The notes under the pieces were generated by a model that was not told the origin of the DNA, did no database searches, and worked only from the letters and a program-made list of their open reading frames with translations. The position numbers were made by a program, and so were the translations under genes. A DNA stretch of 64,000 nt, from positions 320,001 through 384,000 of the forward strand of contig CAXXUA010000015.1 of NCBI GenBank assembly GCA_963663765.2, read 5' to 3'. Positions 9,719-19,425 of the stretch are shown here, in pieces. Origin of the DNA: Candidatus Poribacteria bacterium (GTDB taxonomy: Bacteria > Poribacteria > WGA-4E > WGA-3G). Numbering within the stretch: the stretch's first letter is position 1; each line of letters opens with the position of its first letter.

Positions 9719-10471
9719 TTATGTAATTGTTGATGCCAAGAATTCTGTTAGTTCATGCAAATGTGTGAGTTGTACATCAACGACTGACAGGTCAAGACAT
9801 TCTTTTGATTGATTTCCAACCATCCAAGCAGTCCACATTCCTACGTTTTTTGCACCAACCATATCTGCTTTATAACTATCACCAACATAGATTGCTTCTT
9901 GAGGTGAGACATTCAACTCTGATAATGCTGCCTGAAAAATGCGCGGATCAGGTTTTGCACAACCAAACACTGTCGAATCAATGATGACATCAAGTATAGG
10001 AGACAATTTGTATTCATCGCACCACCCACGAGTATTACCGAAATTATTGCTTATGACACCGAGTTTGTAGTTGTTCTTTAGTGATTCAAGCCAAAGTAGA
10101 TTTTTTGAGAGGCTTTTGGATGCACCTTCGCAAAACCAATCAACATATTGGTTCTTCAGTTCGTCGCTCAAGTTTAATCTTGTGAAGATTCCTTCAGCAA
10201 TTGCCTCAGATGTTTCTCTAAGAGTGCAACGTGCAGCAGCAAGTTCAGACGCAACTACACCTTTAGGTAACATTGAACCATCTTGATAGGACCAATTTGG
10301 ATTACTTTCACCCAGTGCAAATTCAGTTACAGCTGCCCTATCTGCAACATCAAATTCTTCGCGTGTTATTTCAGGATTGTGTATATGAATAAACTGATAA
10401 GTTCTTTCTAACCAGTGTATACCGTTTCCATCTAAAGTTCCGCCGAAATCAAAAATTAATGCCCGAATCAT
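9719..10471 (-). CDS. HAD-superfamily hydrolase
   Basis: FDFGGTL, ISN, KPDPRIF, VGDSYKADMVGA motifs. Confidence 0.9.
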   Translation of the reverse strand: MIRALIFDFGGTLDGNGIHWLERTYQFIHIHNPEITREEFDVADRAAVTEFALGESNPNWSYQDGSMLPKGVVASELAAARCTLRETSEAIAEGIFTRLNLSDELKNQYVDWFCEGASKSLSKNLLWLESLKNNYKLGVISNNFGNTRGWCDEYKLSPILDVIIDSTVFGCAKPDPRIFQAALSELNVSPQEAIYVGDSYKADMVGAKNVGMWTAWMVGNQSKECLDLSVVDVQLTHLHELTEFLASTIT

Positions 10472-10507
10472 ATATGTATTACTTCCTTTTAAGTTTTTTC
10501 TTTAAAT

Positions 10508-11557
10508 TTACAGATTTAGTCTTGAAGTTAGTGTTTTTACTACTTCATCTGTTGTTATTTCTTGCATACATTGTTGCGGGAAGTCTTTTCTAAAACATGC
10601 ATGTTTATAACAGGGTCTACAATATACGGATTTTTCTATGATTGTATGATCTAAGCCGTAGGGTTGATGTCTTTTTGGATCTGTAGGACCGAAAAGTGCT
10701 ACTGTGGGAGTTTTTACAGCAGCAGCAATGTGCATTGGACCGCTATCACAAGTAAGACAAATTTCGCAGCGTTCTAATAGTGCTCCAAGTTGCATAATAT
10801 TTGTTTTTCCAACGAGATTTATAGCTGATTTAGGGATTGTAATATCTTTCATTTTAGTCTGTTCTTCGGTTGTACCTGTTAAAACAATTTTATATTTTGG
10901 TGCAATGTTTGATATTTTATGGATTGCTTCTACGAAATTATTCAAACTCCACTGTTTTGTTCGCCAAGTTGTACCTAAATTTATAGCTATTAACGGGTCT
11001 TCTGTAGTGACACCTTCACATTGTAGAATGGTTTTGATGTCTTGACGGTCATCATCTGTATGCCAGAATTCTAATTGTGAGATTGTGTTAAATTTGGTTA
11101 AGTCATTTGTATATTGTTTAGAATCAACTTTGTTGAGTAGTTGAATGACTGTTAAATATCTATCCACTTCATGCAAATTGGTATTGCTTTGACATGATTT
11201 TGTAAGTAAGAGTCCTCGTCCTTTATAGTTTGACCCTATACGTATGGGGATCCTTGCTAAGAATGGAATAAGTGCATTACGATATGAAGTAGGATGCAAC
11301 ACTACAGCTATATCAAAAGAAAATTTGCGAATTTTGCGGATAAGCCTTATCAGTGATTTGTCAGTGGAACCGTGTTTTGTGTCAAGGATACATCTGTCAA
11401 CATAAGGATTCTCATTCATTAATTCAGTAACGAGTGGACGCATCAGTAGCGAGAGTTGTGATTTGACATAAATATGTTTCAGTGCTCGCAAAGTAGGTGT
11501 AAGTAGGACCATATCCCCGATCCAAGCCCCAGTGTGACACACAAGTATTTTTTGCAT
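10508..11557 (-). CDS. GT9 glycosyltransferase (LPS heptosyltransferase II-like)
   Basis: WIGDMVL, HEVDRYL, DSGPMHIAAA, ALFGPT; ATG 11557 is coupled (TAATG) to the upstream stop. Confidence 0.9.
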   Translation of the reverse strand: MQKILVCHTGAWIGDMVLLTPTLRALKHIYVKSQLSLLMRPLVTELMNENPYVDRCILDTKHGSTDKSLIRLIRKIRKFSFDIAVVLHPTSYRNALIPFLARIPIRIGSNYKGRGLLLTKSCQSNTNLHEVDRYLTVIQLLNKVDSKQYTNDLTKFNTISQLEFWHTDDDRQDIKTILQCEGVTTEDPLIAINLGTTWRTKQWSLNNFVEAIHKISNIAPKYKIVLTGTTEEQTKMKDITIPKSAINLVGKTNIMQLGALLERCEICLTCDSGPMHIAAAVKTPTVALFGPTDPKRHQPYGLDHTIIEKSVYCRPCYKHACFRKDFPQQCMQEITTDEVVKTLTSRLNL

Positions 11558-12432
11558 TAGAAAAAGAACGGGTTTGACCAAGCTTTTTTGCCGGTCTCGT
11601 CGGTTATTTCGATTCGGACATATTTTGTATTATTAGGTACCGTATAAGTTGCCTCAGTCAACAGAGATCCGTTATTAGGTATAAAACGTCTACCACGACT
11701 ACGTTCAGCTTTAAAAACGATAGACCGTGCTTCAGAACACTTAACAGACAGTTTATTGTCAATAAAGCTTATATCATTTATTTCGGGTCCGAGTGTTGAG
11801 TAGAATGAACCGGTTCGTAGTGCTTCCATGATATTATCCAGTGTTAAATCTTGTGCTTTTACCATTATCCACCCATGGAAGCAATCATGTTCTGTTCCGT
11901 GTGCATCATCTGCAGCAATGCCGAGTACTGGACCGCATTTATCCAACAGGTCATCCCATGATTGTTCGGAAAAACCTTTACCAATTCCCATGCAAGTATC
12001 GTTATAGACTTCAACAGCGAAATAGCCGCGTAATGGTAGATAATCTGAGATAGTATGTCCACACCAATAGGGATGGCACAGAACTGCTTCCCCACCTTGT
12101 TCCTTTATTTCGTCAATAACGGCATTAGGATGCATTTTTGCACAGTTTATGGGATTATGAATATTGATTGCAACAATATGATATGTTGGACCTCCGTAAG
12201 GATTTGGAGGGTGGACTTCGCTACCAGAGATTGCAAGGAAATCTGTGTCACTATATGCTTGAACATCATTGACTTTGCGGTGATCTGTTAGGACGAGAAA
12301 ATCGTAACCTACCTCCCTATATGCATTGAAACGATCAGACATTGACAGTTTACCATCCGATTCTGTAGAGTGGCTATGGGTATTCCCCCGATACCATTGT
12401 CCCGGTTGAGTAAAAGGATTTTTGGAAAACAT
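11557..12432 (-). CDS. PHP-domain metallohydrolase (CehA/McbA-like)
   Basis: HSHSTESDG, TDH, HP, DDAH, terminal AWSNP. Confidence 0.88.
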   Translation of the reverse strand: MFSKNPFTQPGQWYRGNTHSHSTESDGKLSMSDRFNAYREVGYDFLVLTDHRKVNDVQAYSDTDFLAISGSEVHPPNPYGGPTYHIVAINIHNPINCAKMHPNAVIDEIKEQGGEAVLCHPYWCGHTISDYLPLRGYFAVEVYNDTCMGIGKGFSEQSWDDLLDKCGPVLGIAADDAHGTEHDCFHGWIMVKAQDLTLDNIMEALRTGSFYSTLGPEINDISFIDNKLSVKCSEARSIVFKAERSRGRRFIPNNGSLLTEATYTVPNNTKYVRIEITDETGKKAWSNPFFF

Positions 12433-12535
12433 TGTTATCTCCTTAGAAAAAATATTTTGTATGTTCAGAGCAAGATATTAAATTAGTGATGTAATTCATC
12501 AATTATAACGTTAATTATGTTTATTCTAATACAGA

Positions 12536-12565
12536 ATTGTAGCATGTAGCAAAGTAAATTGTCAA
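12536..12565 (-). promoter_or_regulatory. Sigma70-type promoter for the leftward PHP-GT9-HAD operon
   Basis: Minus strand TTGACA-N18-TACAAT with extended -10 TG. Confidence 0.55.
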
Positions 12566-12590
12566 CAGTATAGGTGTGTCTGCATTATAA

Positions 12591-12660
12591 AGGAGTGTAA
12601 AGTTTTTGCATGCGTTGAGGGGTGTTTGGAATCGCCAGAAGCAATAAACTTTACTCACCC
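12591..12660. mobile_element. 70-bp mini-MITE of the GGGTGTGTAAAGTTTT-ended family
   Basis: Imperfect IRs AGGAGTGTAAAGTTT / AAACTTTACTCACCC flanked by GCATTATAA and GTATTATAA (8/9 direct repeat). Confidence 0.45.
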
Positions 12661-12676
12661 GTATTATAATTTAACC

Positions 12677-12705
12677 TTGACACCAACGCAATTAACAGGT
12701 ATCAT
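12677..12705 (+). promoter_or_regulatory. Sigma70-type promoter for the NHL gene
   Basis: TTGACA-N17-TATCAT ending 21 nt before the ATG. Confidence 0.6.
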
Positions 12706-12726
12706 ATTACAAAAATATAAAGGATT

Positions 12727-14766
12727 ATGATGTACAGCAGAATTAACATGAAATCTAATAAGAATTGTTATTTGTCGGTTTTTTTGATTTTATTTTTTGT
12801 TTTAAATACACTATTATTACAGTCTGATGCGGTCGATTTTATTACATATCAACAAGAATTTTCAGGTAAAGGATCTACACAAGGTGCATTTGGGAAAGAA
12901 ATACACATTGCTTTCAAACAAAATATCTATGTCAGTGATACAGAAAATCGGTTGATTCAGAAGTTATCACCAACAGGTGAGTTCCTTCTACAAATTCCCT
13001 CTGACCCAGAATCCCAAGAAAATATCCTACGTAAACCTGTTCATTTGACAGTTGATGAGATGGGTAATATCTATGTGGCAGATATAACCACACATCATAT
13101 AACAGAAACTGCAGACCCAAAAATATATATTTTTGCACCATGTGTTTATAAATTCAATTCAACAGGAAAACTCCAACACACCTACTTTGTTGATCCCGTA
13201 AATGAAAAGCCTGGGGTGGTTATTCCTGCAAAGTTGATGATCGATGAAAACGATAAAACTGCTTTTGGTGTTCAACCTACTGGGTATGATCGTGCTTTAC
13301 GTGTTGCAGTGAATTCAAAAAACCAACTCTATATCTTGGATGCAAATCGGGGTCGTATTCACAAGTTTGCTACGGATGGAAAAAAGTTGCTGACATTTGG
13401 AAGATATGGTGCTGGAGCTGGTGAATTTGATAAAGACGCATCGGATTTTACAATTGATGTAAATGGTAATATATTTGTTGCTGATACTGGTAACCATCGA
13501 ATTGTTAAGTTTAGTTCTGATGGAGAATATATCGGCAGTTTTGGTAAGAAGGGACGTGACAATGGTGAGTTTGTAAAACCTTTAGCAATAGTAGCATTGC
13601 CATCTGGGCAGCTATTGGTGAAAGATAGTAGTCGATTTCGTAGGAAGGTTGGTGGTTTACCCGAAGTTATCGCCCTTTCACCGACATTAACTCAGTTGTC
13701 AGAAAGTACTCCTGGGCAGACAGAACTTGCTGAGACAATAACAAATGCTACACGTGCGCAATATGGACCATTTGCACCGAATGTTACAGCTGCTGATACT
13801 GCATCGCTAAATCGTCGTTTACGTCTGCTTGAAGAAGCTGAATATAGACGTTACTATGATGAGAATGAATATGGTGAAGTTGATGATGATGAACTTGCAG
13901 AAGAACTCAAACGTGCTGACATCCGATTGACACTGTTTCACAATGTTATTTCACGGGTGCAAAAGTTTGAAAACAGTGGTAAATATGTTGGTCGTATAAT
14001 TTATGAAACAGACCAGTTGAGTGAAGAAAAGCACGATTTGACTTTTCTTGTTATAGATCCATCTGGACATCTTTATTTGCGTGATACTAGTGATTTCACT
14101 ATAATTCAATATGCTATTAGCGGGTTCACTATAAAACCGTCTCACATGAATGGTTTTTATAGTGCTCGTTTTGCAAATTTAAGTAATAATTATCTGGAAG
14201 ACTATGAGGATATTGACTTTTCAACTGATGTTCAAGACGAACTCAATCAGTTGGAACTCAAAAACTTGTTAGGTTGGACATATAGCCTATCTGAAAAATG
14301 GCATTTTTCACTCCTTGATGAGTTTACTTATGCTGAACAGGATGAGAGATACATTACACCTGCTAAGGTAGAGGATAGTTTTGATTTTGATACACAAGCA
14401 GTAGAAAATGCGTTTGTAGTGAATTTGAAGTTAATCACAAATCCAAATCCTTATCGGTATAAGGAGCTGAATCTTTCTATTGGTCGTGTTGATGGAACAT
14501 CAGATTTGGCTCAGGACGCACTATTTCCTGATTTGAATAAACAGCAGCGGATTGATACTGGAGATGCAAACTCTACAGTAATTGAATTAAATTGGGATGT
14601 CTGGTCAAAAACAAACCTGTGGTTTCGCTATGCAGACTTGAATCCAGCTGAGACAAGTCGGAATTTTGTCCGAAGGTTTTATGACGTATCGGGGGATCTG
14701 TATGAAGTATTTGGAAGTCGGAATCAAGCAAGGCAGTTTCTGGGAGAGTTGACCATAAAGTTTTAA
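12727..14766 (+). CDS. Secreted NHL-repeat protein with putative C-terminal beta-barrel
   Basis: Signal peptide; NHL repeats IYVSDTENRLIQK and IFVADTGNHRIVKF; C-terminus FLGELTIKF. Confidence 0.82.
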   Translation: MMYSRINMKSNKNCYLSVFLILFFVLNTLLLQSDAVDFITYQQEFSGKGSTQGAFGKEIHIAFKQNIYVSDTENRLIQKLSPTGEFLLQIPSDPESQENILRKPVHLTVDEMGNIYVADITTHHITETADPKIYIFAPCVYKFNSTGKLQHTYFVDPVNEKPGVVIPAKLMIDENDKTAFGVQPTGYDRALRVAVNSKNQLYILDANRGRIHKFATDGKKLLTFGRYGAGAGEFDKDASDFTIDVNGNIFVADTGNHRIVKFSSDGEYIGSFGKKGRDNGEFVKPLAIVALPSGQLLVKDSSRFRRKVGGLPEVIALSPTLTQLSESTPGQTELAETITNATRAQYGPFAPNVTAADTASLNRRLRLLEEAEYRRYYDENEYGEVDDDELAEELKRADIRLTLFHNVISRVQKFENSGKYVGRIIYETDQLSEEKHDLTFLVIDPSGHLYLRDTSDFTIIQYAISGFTIKPSHMNGFYSARFANLSNNYLEDYEDIDFSTDVQDELNQLELKNLLGWTYSLSEKWHFSLLDEFTYAEQDERYITPAKVEDSFDFDTQAVENAFVVNLKLITNPNPYRYKELNLSIGRVDGTSDLAQDALFPDLNKQQRIDTGDANSTVIELNWDVWSKTNLWFRYADLNPAETSRNFVRRFYDVSGDLYEVFGSRNQARQFLGELTIKF

Positions 14767-14820
14767 GTGTTTGTTATAAAGAGTATAGTAACTAACTTTC
14801 AATGAGTAATAATTTTAAAT

Positions 14821-15795
14821 ATGGAATTTCGTGCATTATACCCTGAAGAATTTGAACCGTGGTTAGACCATGTTTCACAAGTTTTTTGGGGTGGTCGTCA
14901 ATATTTTATCAACCATTGGCAAAACGATCTTTGGTTAGATTTAGAAGGAGTGCGTGTCGCTGTTGATGATGGTCAGATCGTCAGCACGGTGCGCGTTTTT
15001 ATTCGAAAGATGTATTTCCATGGTGAGACGGTATCCATTGGGGGTATAGGTGAAGTGAGTACTCGAAGTGAATACCGAAAGCGTGGATTAGCAACACAAC
15101 TTCTCAAAGATTCTATTCAGTTTATGGAAGAACGCGGTATAGTAGTTTCCATGCTTCACGGTAACCAACGTATTTATTCTGATTTGGGTTGGGAACATAT
15201 TCCACTATACTATTCAAAGAAGGAAATAATCGGCAATAGACAGAATGAATGGGTAGTTCGTCCCGTTAATTATCAGGATATTAATGAAGTAAATAAAATT
15301 GCATCACTTTACGATTCTTATTCCAGCAAATTCAACGGCACAATTGTTAGAGATGATATAGGATATTGGACTGATTGGGTGCGGACAGAATCACCTGATC
15401 TGTGGGTTGCAGTTCGGGACGATGAAATAGTTGGTTATATCTCTGTGAATTTGCATGACAGGAAGTTGCATGTCAAAGAGTTTGTAGTTTCAGATGCTTG
15501 CTATATGCAAGATAGTGGAACACAGTTTTTTGAGATTTTGGTATCTGATATAATTGCGCAAATGAGTGAGGAAAGTCTTGATGTAGAATTTCCTGCACCT
15601 ATTGCCGGTGGATTCAAGGAAAAATTCTATTCTCATGGAAGTGCGATGTATCGTGTTATTGATCCATCTGCATTACCCACAGAGTTTTCAATAAAACGTA
15701 GTGATGTTTTTGCAGATTTGATGCATTATCAAGTTGAATCCATCAGGCAAGATATACGGTCGCATCATGTGTTCTGGCGAACTGATGGTTTTTGA
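14821..15795 (+). CDS. GNAT N-acetyltransferase (Eis-like)
   Basis: GGIGEVSTRSEYRKRGLATQLL acetyl-CoA motif; second GNAT-like domain. Confidence 0.85.
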   Translation: MEFRALYPEEFEPWLDHVSQVFWGGRQYFINHWQNDLWLDLEGVRVAVDDGQIVSTVRVFIRKMYFHGETVSIGGIGEVSTRSEYRKRGLATQLLKDSIQFMEERGIVVSMLHGNQRIYSDLGWEHIPLYYSKKEIIGNRQNEWVVRPVNYQDINEVNKIASLYDSYSSKFNGTIVRDDIGYWTDWVRTESPDLWVAVRDDEIVGYISVNLHDRKLHVKEFVVSDACYMQDSGTQFFEILVSDIIAQMSEESLDVEFPAPIAGGFKEKFYSHGSAMYRVIDPSALPTEFSIKRSDVFADLMHYQVESIRQDIRSHHVFWRTDGF

Positions 15796-15796
15796 T

Positions 15797-16086
15797 GGGT
15801 GTTTAAAGTTTTTTGCGTGCAGAATCACGGATTACACGGATTTCGCGGAGTGCGCGGATAAGATACCTGCATGAGTACGTATCGCATATATGATGTTGGT
15901 ATAATCAATTAGACCTGAGAATGTAATCTTTTCTGTGCTATCGGTGAAATCCTTGGAATACATTTGGGTGTATGCTATTGGAAGAAGACGCGTGTGGTAT
16001 TTGACTCACTATGATTCCTGCAGTTGATTTGGTGATACTGACAACCCAACGATCCAGACAACACCCTGCCAAAACTTTACACATCC
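15797..16086. mobile_element. MITE-like element, GGGTGTGTAAAGTTTT-ended family
   Basis: IRs GGGTGTTTAAAGTTTT / AAAACTTTACACATCC (14/16); contains CACGGATT short repeats near 15826-15860. Confidence 0.5.
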
Positions 16087-16094
16087 GGTTTTGA

Positions 16095-16146
16095 CTGGGT
16101 TATTTAGTTTTAAGATTCTATCGTTATACAAGTTAACTTTGGGTTA
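16095..16146. mobile_element. Remnant end of an ISAs1-family element
   Basis: CTGGGTTATTTAGTTTTAA...CAAGTTAACT matches the IS end at 26856-26900 apart from a few changes. Confidence 0.65.
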
Positions 16147-16181
16147 AGATTAGTGAAATATATACAGAACTTAAGCAAAAA

Positions 16182-16250
16182 CGGTAGGCGTGCTTTGTAA
16201 GCGCGCTCTTGGGACTTGATGTACCAGCGCGCTTACAAAGCACGCCTACC
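16182..16250. repeat. GTAG-type REP doublet (REPIN-like hairpin)
   Basis: GGTAGGCGTGCTTTGTAAGCGCGCT ... AGCGCGCTTACAAAGCACGCCTACC, 25-bp perfect IR, preceded by a degenerate MITE end CAGAACTTAAGCA. Confidence 0.8.
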
Positions 16251-16286
16251 AGGGTAGGTTAGATAAAATTACCTAATTAATTTTTT

Positions 16287-16332
16287 AATCTTCATTAAAT
16301 CCTGGTTCAAATCTTCATTAAATCCTGGTTCA
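16287..16332. repeat. 23-bp tandem duplication
   Basis: AATCTTCATTAAATCCTGGTTCA x2. Confidence 0.9.
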
Positions 16333-16433
16333 AACAAAGAATGAGCTAACTCCCAAAAATAAACTAACTCAAGGATTAACAACTGTGATAGAATTTATTC
16401 AATAAAATGAAAACTGAATAACACTGCGGTTCT

Positions 16434-16753
16434 GAGTGTGTGAAAAGTTTTTGTAGAAACCCTGATATAATAGTGGCTTTTAGAATTATTTTTGCACATT
16501 CAGGTGTAGGAGGGAACTCCGATTCCCGACTATCAAGGCGTTCAGTCGCGATTCGGAGTTCCCTCCTACAGAACAAGTGCAAACTTAATTGTATATTTCA
16601 CTATAAAAGAAGTATCTAAAGTTTCTATCAAAGCTTGCTTGACGTTAGGGAACTGTGGACATCGTAGAGGCGAGGTTTCCTCGTCTGCGTAAAACCTCTG
16701 TTCGGGCGGGGAGACCCCGCCCCTATGCACAGTAACCAAAACTTTACACACCC
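16434..16753. mobile_element. MITE-like element (GGGTGTGTAAAGTTTT family) containing two REP doublets
   Basis: Ends GAGTGTGTGAAAAGTTTT / AAAACTTTACACACCC, both flanked by CGGTTCT; internal GTAGGAGGGAACTCCGA...TCGGAGTTCCCTCCTAC (16506-16569) and GTAGAGGCGAGG...CCCCGCCCCTA (16664-16725). Confidence 0.6.
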
Positions 16754-16770
16754 CGGTTCTGATACGAACA

Positions 16771-16799
16771 TTGACAATATCAGTAATATGTGCTATAAT
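16771..16799 (+). promoter_or_regulatory. Consensus sigma70 promoter upstream of rhodanese-moeB
   Basis: TTGACA-N17-TATAAT with extended -10 TG; palindrome TTCAAG-N6-CTTGAA at 16803-16820 over the predicted start site. Confidence 0.75.
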
Positions 16800-16854
16800 C
16801 TGTTCAAGATATTACTTGAATCCCTTGCTAAATTATACCAATTCAAATAAATCT

Positions 16855-16970
16855 TGTCTCATTAAGGAATTCTACTGTTTACTGGCAGGGGGTTACTCTC
16901 CTCGGTAGGAGCGACCTCCCGGTCGCGACCGTGATGTCGCTCCTACCAGATTTCCGCTGCTAATGAGACA
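16855..16970. repeat. Nested inverted repeat with REP hairpin in the moeB leader
   Basis: TGTCTCATTA / TAATGAGACA enclosing GGTAGGAGCGAC...GTCGCTCCTACC (16904-16947). Confidence 0.65.
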
Positions 16971-17080
16971 TTATCACATGAAAATGGTATTACCAAGTAT
17001 GATTAGAGTGTATCAAACAAAAAATAGTCTTCAGTATGTGAAATTGAGTTTAAAAAGAGATTAATTTGGAGAACAATAAT

Positions 17081-18268
17081 ATGAAATCGTATAGAGAGAT
17101 CGTAGAGGAGGCAAAAACTGAAATCCCAGAGGTGACTGTTGCTGATGTGAAAGTTGAGCAGGAGCAAGGGAGTGACTTTGTGCTTCTGGATGTACGTGAT
17201 GAGGATGAATATCGGGCTGGATATATTCCAGATGCTGTTCACGTTACCCGCGGAATGTTGGAATTTTCTGTTGAGAATTATATTCCGGACAGGGATAAAA
17301 AGGTTGTGGTTTATTGTGCTGCAGGACTTCGTTCACTGCTTGCAGCAAAATCGCTTCGTGAAATGGGGTATACAGATACTGTATCTATGGCAGGTGGTTA
17401 TCGTGATTGGACAGCAGCTGGGTTACCTACAGCACAAGATAAACCGATGTCACATGAACAACTTGACAGATATAGCAGACATTTTATGTTAACCGAAGTC
17501 GGTGAACAAGGTCAGGCAAAGTTGCTGGATGCAAGGGTTTTACTTGTCGGTGCTGGTGGGTTAGGGTCTCCTGCAGGTGTTTACCTTGGAGCAGCTGGAA
17601 TTGGTCACATGGGTGTTATAGACTCTGATGTGGTGGAGTTAAGCAATCTACAACGCCAGATTCTACACCGCACTGAGGCGGTCGGTACACCAAAGGTTCA
17701 ATCTGCAACAACGACCATAAAATCACTAAATCCGGATGTTGAGATTACACCGTATAACCTTCGTTTGACCGCAGACAATGTTGAAGAGATCTTTTCTGAA
17801 TATGACCTGATTGTTGATGGGTGTGATAACTTTGCTACACGTTTCCTTGTGAATGATGCAGCAGTGTTTATGAATAAACCGATAGTACATGGCAGTATTT
17901 TTCAGTTTGAGGGACAGGTTACTTTGTTTAAACCGAATGAAGGTCCGTGTTACCGATGCATGTATCCGACTCCGCCGCCACCCGGTTTGGTTCCAAGCTG
18001 AAGTGAAGCAGGTGTCCTGGGCGTGCTCCCAGGTGTAATTGGTGTGATGATGGCAACGGAAGCGATTAAGTATATCATCGGTATTGGTGAACCGCTTATT
18101 GGTAGACTTATACTTTATGAAGCACTCAGTATGACCTATCGCGAGATGAAAGTTCCTCGTGATGAGAATTGCCCGATCTGTGGTGAGAATCCGAGTATAA
18201 CAAAACTCATAGACGATTATGATGCGGCTGCGGAGAATCCTGAAACTTTTGCACCCGCTGCTGATTGA
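17081..18268 (+). CDS. moeB: Rhodanese-MoeB/ThiF fusion adenylyltransferase, probable selenoprotein (TGA at 17999-18001)
   Basis: Rhodanese YCAAGLRS; ThiF RYSRH, GAGGLGS, SNLQRQ, CYRC; reads PPPPGLVPS-TGA-SEAGVLGVLPGVIG in frame through to CPICG; GGAG RBS before ATG 17081. Confidence 0.88.
18016..18033 (+). promoter_or_regulatory. Putative bacterial SECIS hairpin
   Basis: CCTGGG-CGTGCT-CCCAGG stem-loop; the loop starts 21 nt after the UGA and has GU at loop positions 2-3. Confidence 0.65.
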
Positions 18269-18297
18269 TAATAGGTGAATTTCAGTTTAGGAACTTA

Positions 18298-19395
18298 ATG
18301 TCAAAAAATTTAAGTACCCAAGAACCGGAAATACTTAGCTTTTCCGACATCCCGATTGAACCCTTTCCGGACCGAAGCACACGCTGGTTGTTCGAAGACA
18401 AAGAGTACGTCCGGGGCCTGGTAGACATCCTTGCAAGCGAATTGGCGGCGTGTATTGATTTCAGTCGCTTATCGCAAATTAACAGGAGTTTTATACCCGA
18501 CACGTTACGCGAGCAAGAGTCTGATATGGTGTTTACCGCGCCGTTTCAGACTGAATCTGGAACAGATGAGCTGTTAATTTATATCCTCATTGAACATCAA
18601 TCCACGGTTGACCCGATAATGGGTTTCCGGGTGCTGTTTTACATGATGCAGATTTGGGATTTCCAACGTAGAGGATGGGAGTCTGAGAATGTGCCCAAAA
18701 GTCAGTGGCGTTTCCGACCAATCCTCCCAATTGTGTATTATACAGGCGAAAAGCGATGGAGTAACCCACTTACACTTGATGCGATAATAGATATGCCGGA
18801 TGTGCTCGCGAGGTTTGTTCCAAAATTTGATATGCTGTTTCTCAGTGTTAATGATACCGATGTAACGCACCTAAAGGAAACTGACCAGCCATTAGGGTGG
18901 TTGTTAACAGTTCTTCAAAAGGAAAATGCGGACGAGGAAACGCTAATTGATGCATTGCTTGATACGTTTTCACACTTCGACACACTGGAAGAGGAATACG
19001 CACCACAGCGGCGTAAAGCGATGATCTATCTCATCTTGTTCATACTACATCGCCGCCCTCCTGAAGAACACAAAAATTTGATTACACTCATTGATCAGAG
19101 AACACACGATATGGAGGTAGAAACCATGGCACAATCAATCATTGAAATTACCAAAGAAGAAGGTAGAGAAGAAGGAAGAGAAGAAGGTAGAGAAGAAGGA
19201 AGAGAAGAAGGTAGAACACAAGCAAAACGGGAGTCAATCATAAAACTGATACAATCCCGATTTGATGTTCTCCCTGAGGCTGTTGCCACTGAGATTGATT
19301 CGATACAGAGTCTTTCCCACCTCGATTCGATCTTTGATAAAGCATTGACCGCAGAAACAATTGATGAAATTGGGTTGCAAAACAACGACAAGTAA
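18298..19395 (+). CDS. Rpn/YhgA-family PD-(D/E)XK nuclease (recombination-promoting nuclease / putative transposase)
   Basis: SFIPDTLREQESDMVF, YILIEHQS, PIVYYTG, C-terminal (EEGR)5 repeat; AGGA RBS before ATG 18298. Confidence 0.92.
   Translation: MSKNLSTQEPEILSFSDIPIEPFPDRSTRWLFEDKEYVRGLVDILASELAACIDFSRLSQINRSFIPDTLREQESDMVFTAPFQTESGTDELLIYILIEHQSTVDPIMGFRVLFYMMQIWDFQRRGWESENVPKSQWRFRPILPIVYYTGEKRWSNPLTLDAIIDMPDVLARFVPKFDMLFLSVNDTDVTHLKETDQPLGWLLTVLQKENADEETLIDALLDTFSHFDTLEEEYAPQRRKAMIYLILFILHRRPPEEHKNLITLIDQRTHDMEVETMAQSIIEITKEEGREEGREEGREEGREEGRTQAKRESIIKLIQSRFDVLPEAVATEIDSIQSLSHLDSIFDKALTAETIDEIGLQNNDK
19126..19395 (+). CDS. Putative intragenic small protein (RpnS-type antitoxin), 89 aa
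   Basis: GGAGGT at 19113-19118, 7 nt before in-frame ATG (MAQSIIEITKEEGR...). Confidence 0.6.
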   Translation: MAQSIIEITKEEGREEGREEGREEGREEGRTQAKRESIIKLIQSRFDVLPEAVATEIDSIQSLSHLDSIFDKALTAETIDEIGLQNNDK

Positions 19396-19425
19396 TACAA
19401 TTAAATAGTGAAACAGAAGCAGTGG

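Noticed and set aside
15797-16970. Possible CRISPR array in the repeat-rich gap
   Set aside because: The repeats are different inverted hairpins, not identical direct repeats with regular spacers; no cas genes
18023-18268. 81-aa ORF as a separate gene
   Set aside because: It is the in-frame C-terminal part of MoeB after the UGA and has no RBS of its own
19155-19215. 12-bp GAAGAAGG(T/A)AGA tandem repeat as a non-coding array
   Set aside because: It encodes the EEGR repeat typical of Rpn C-termini
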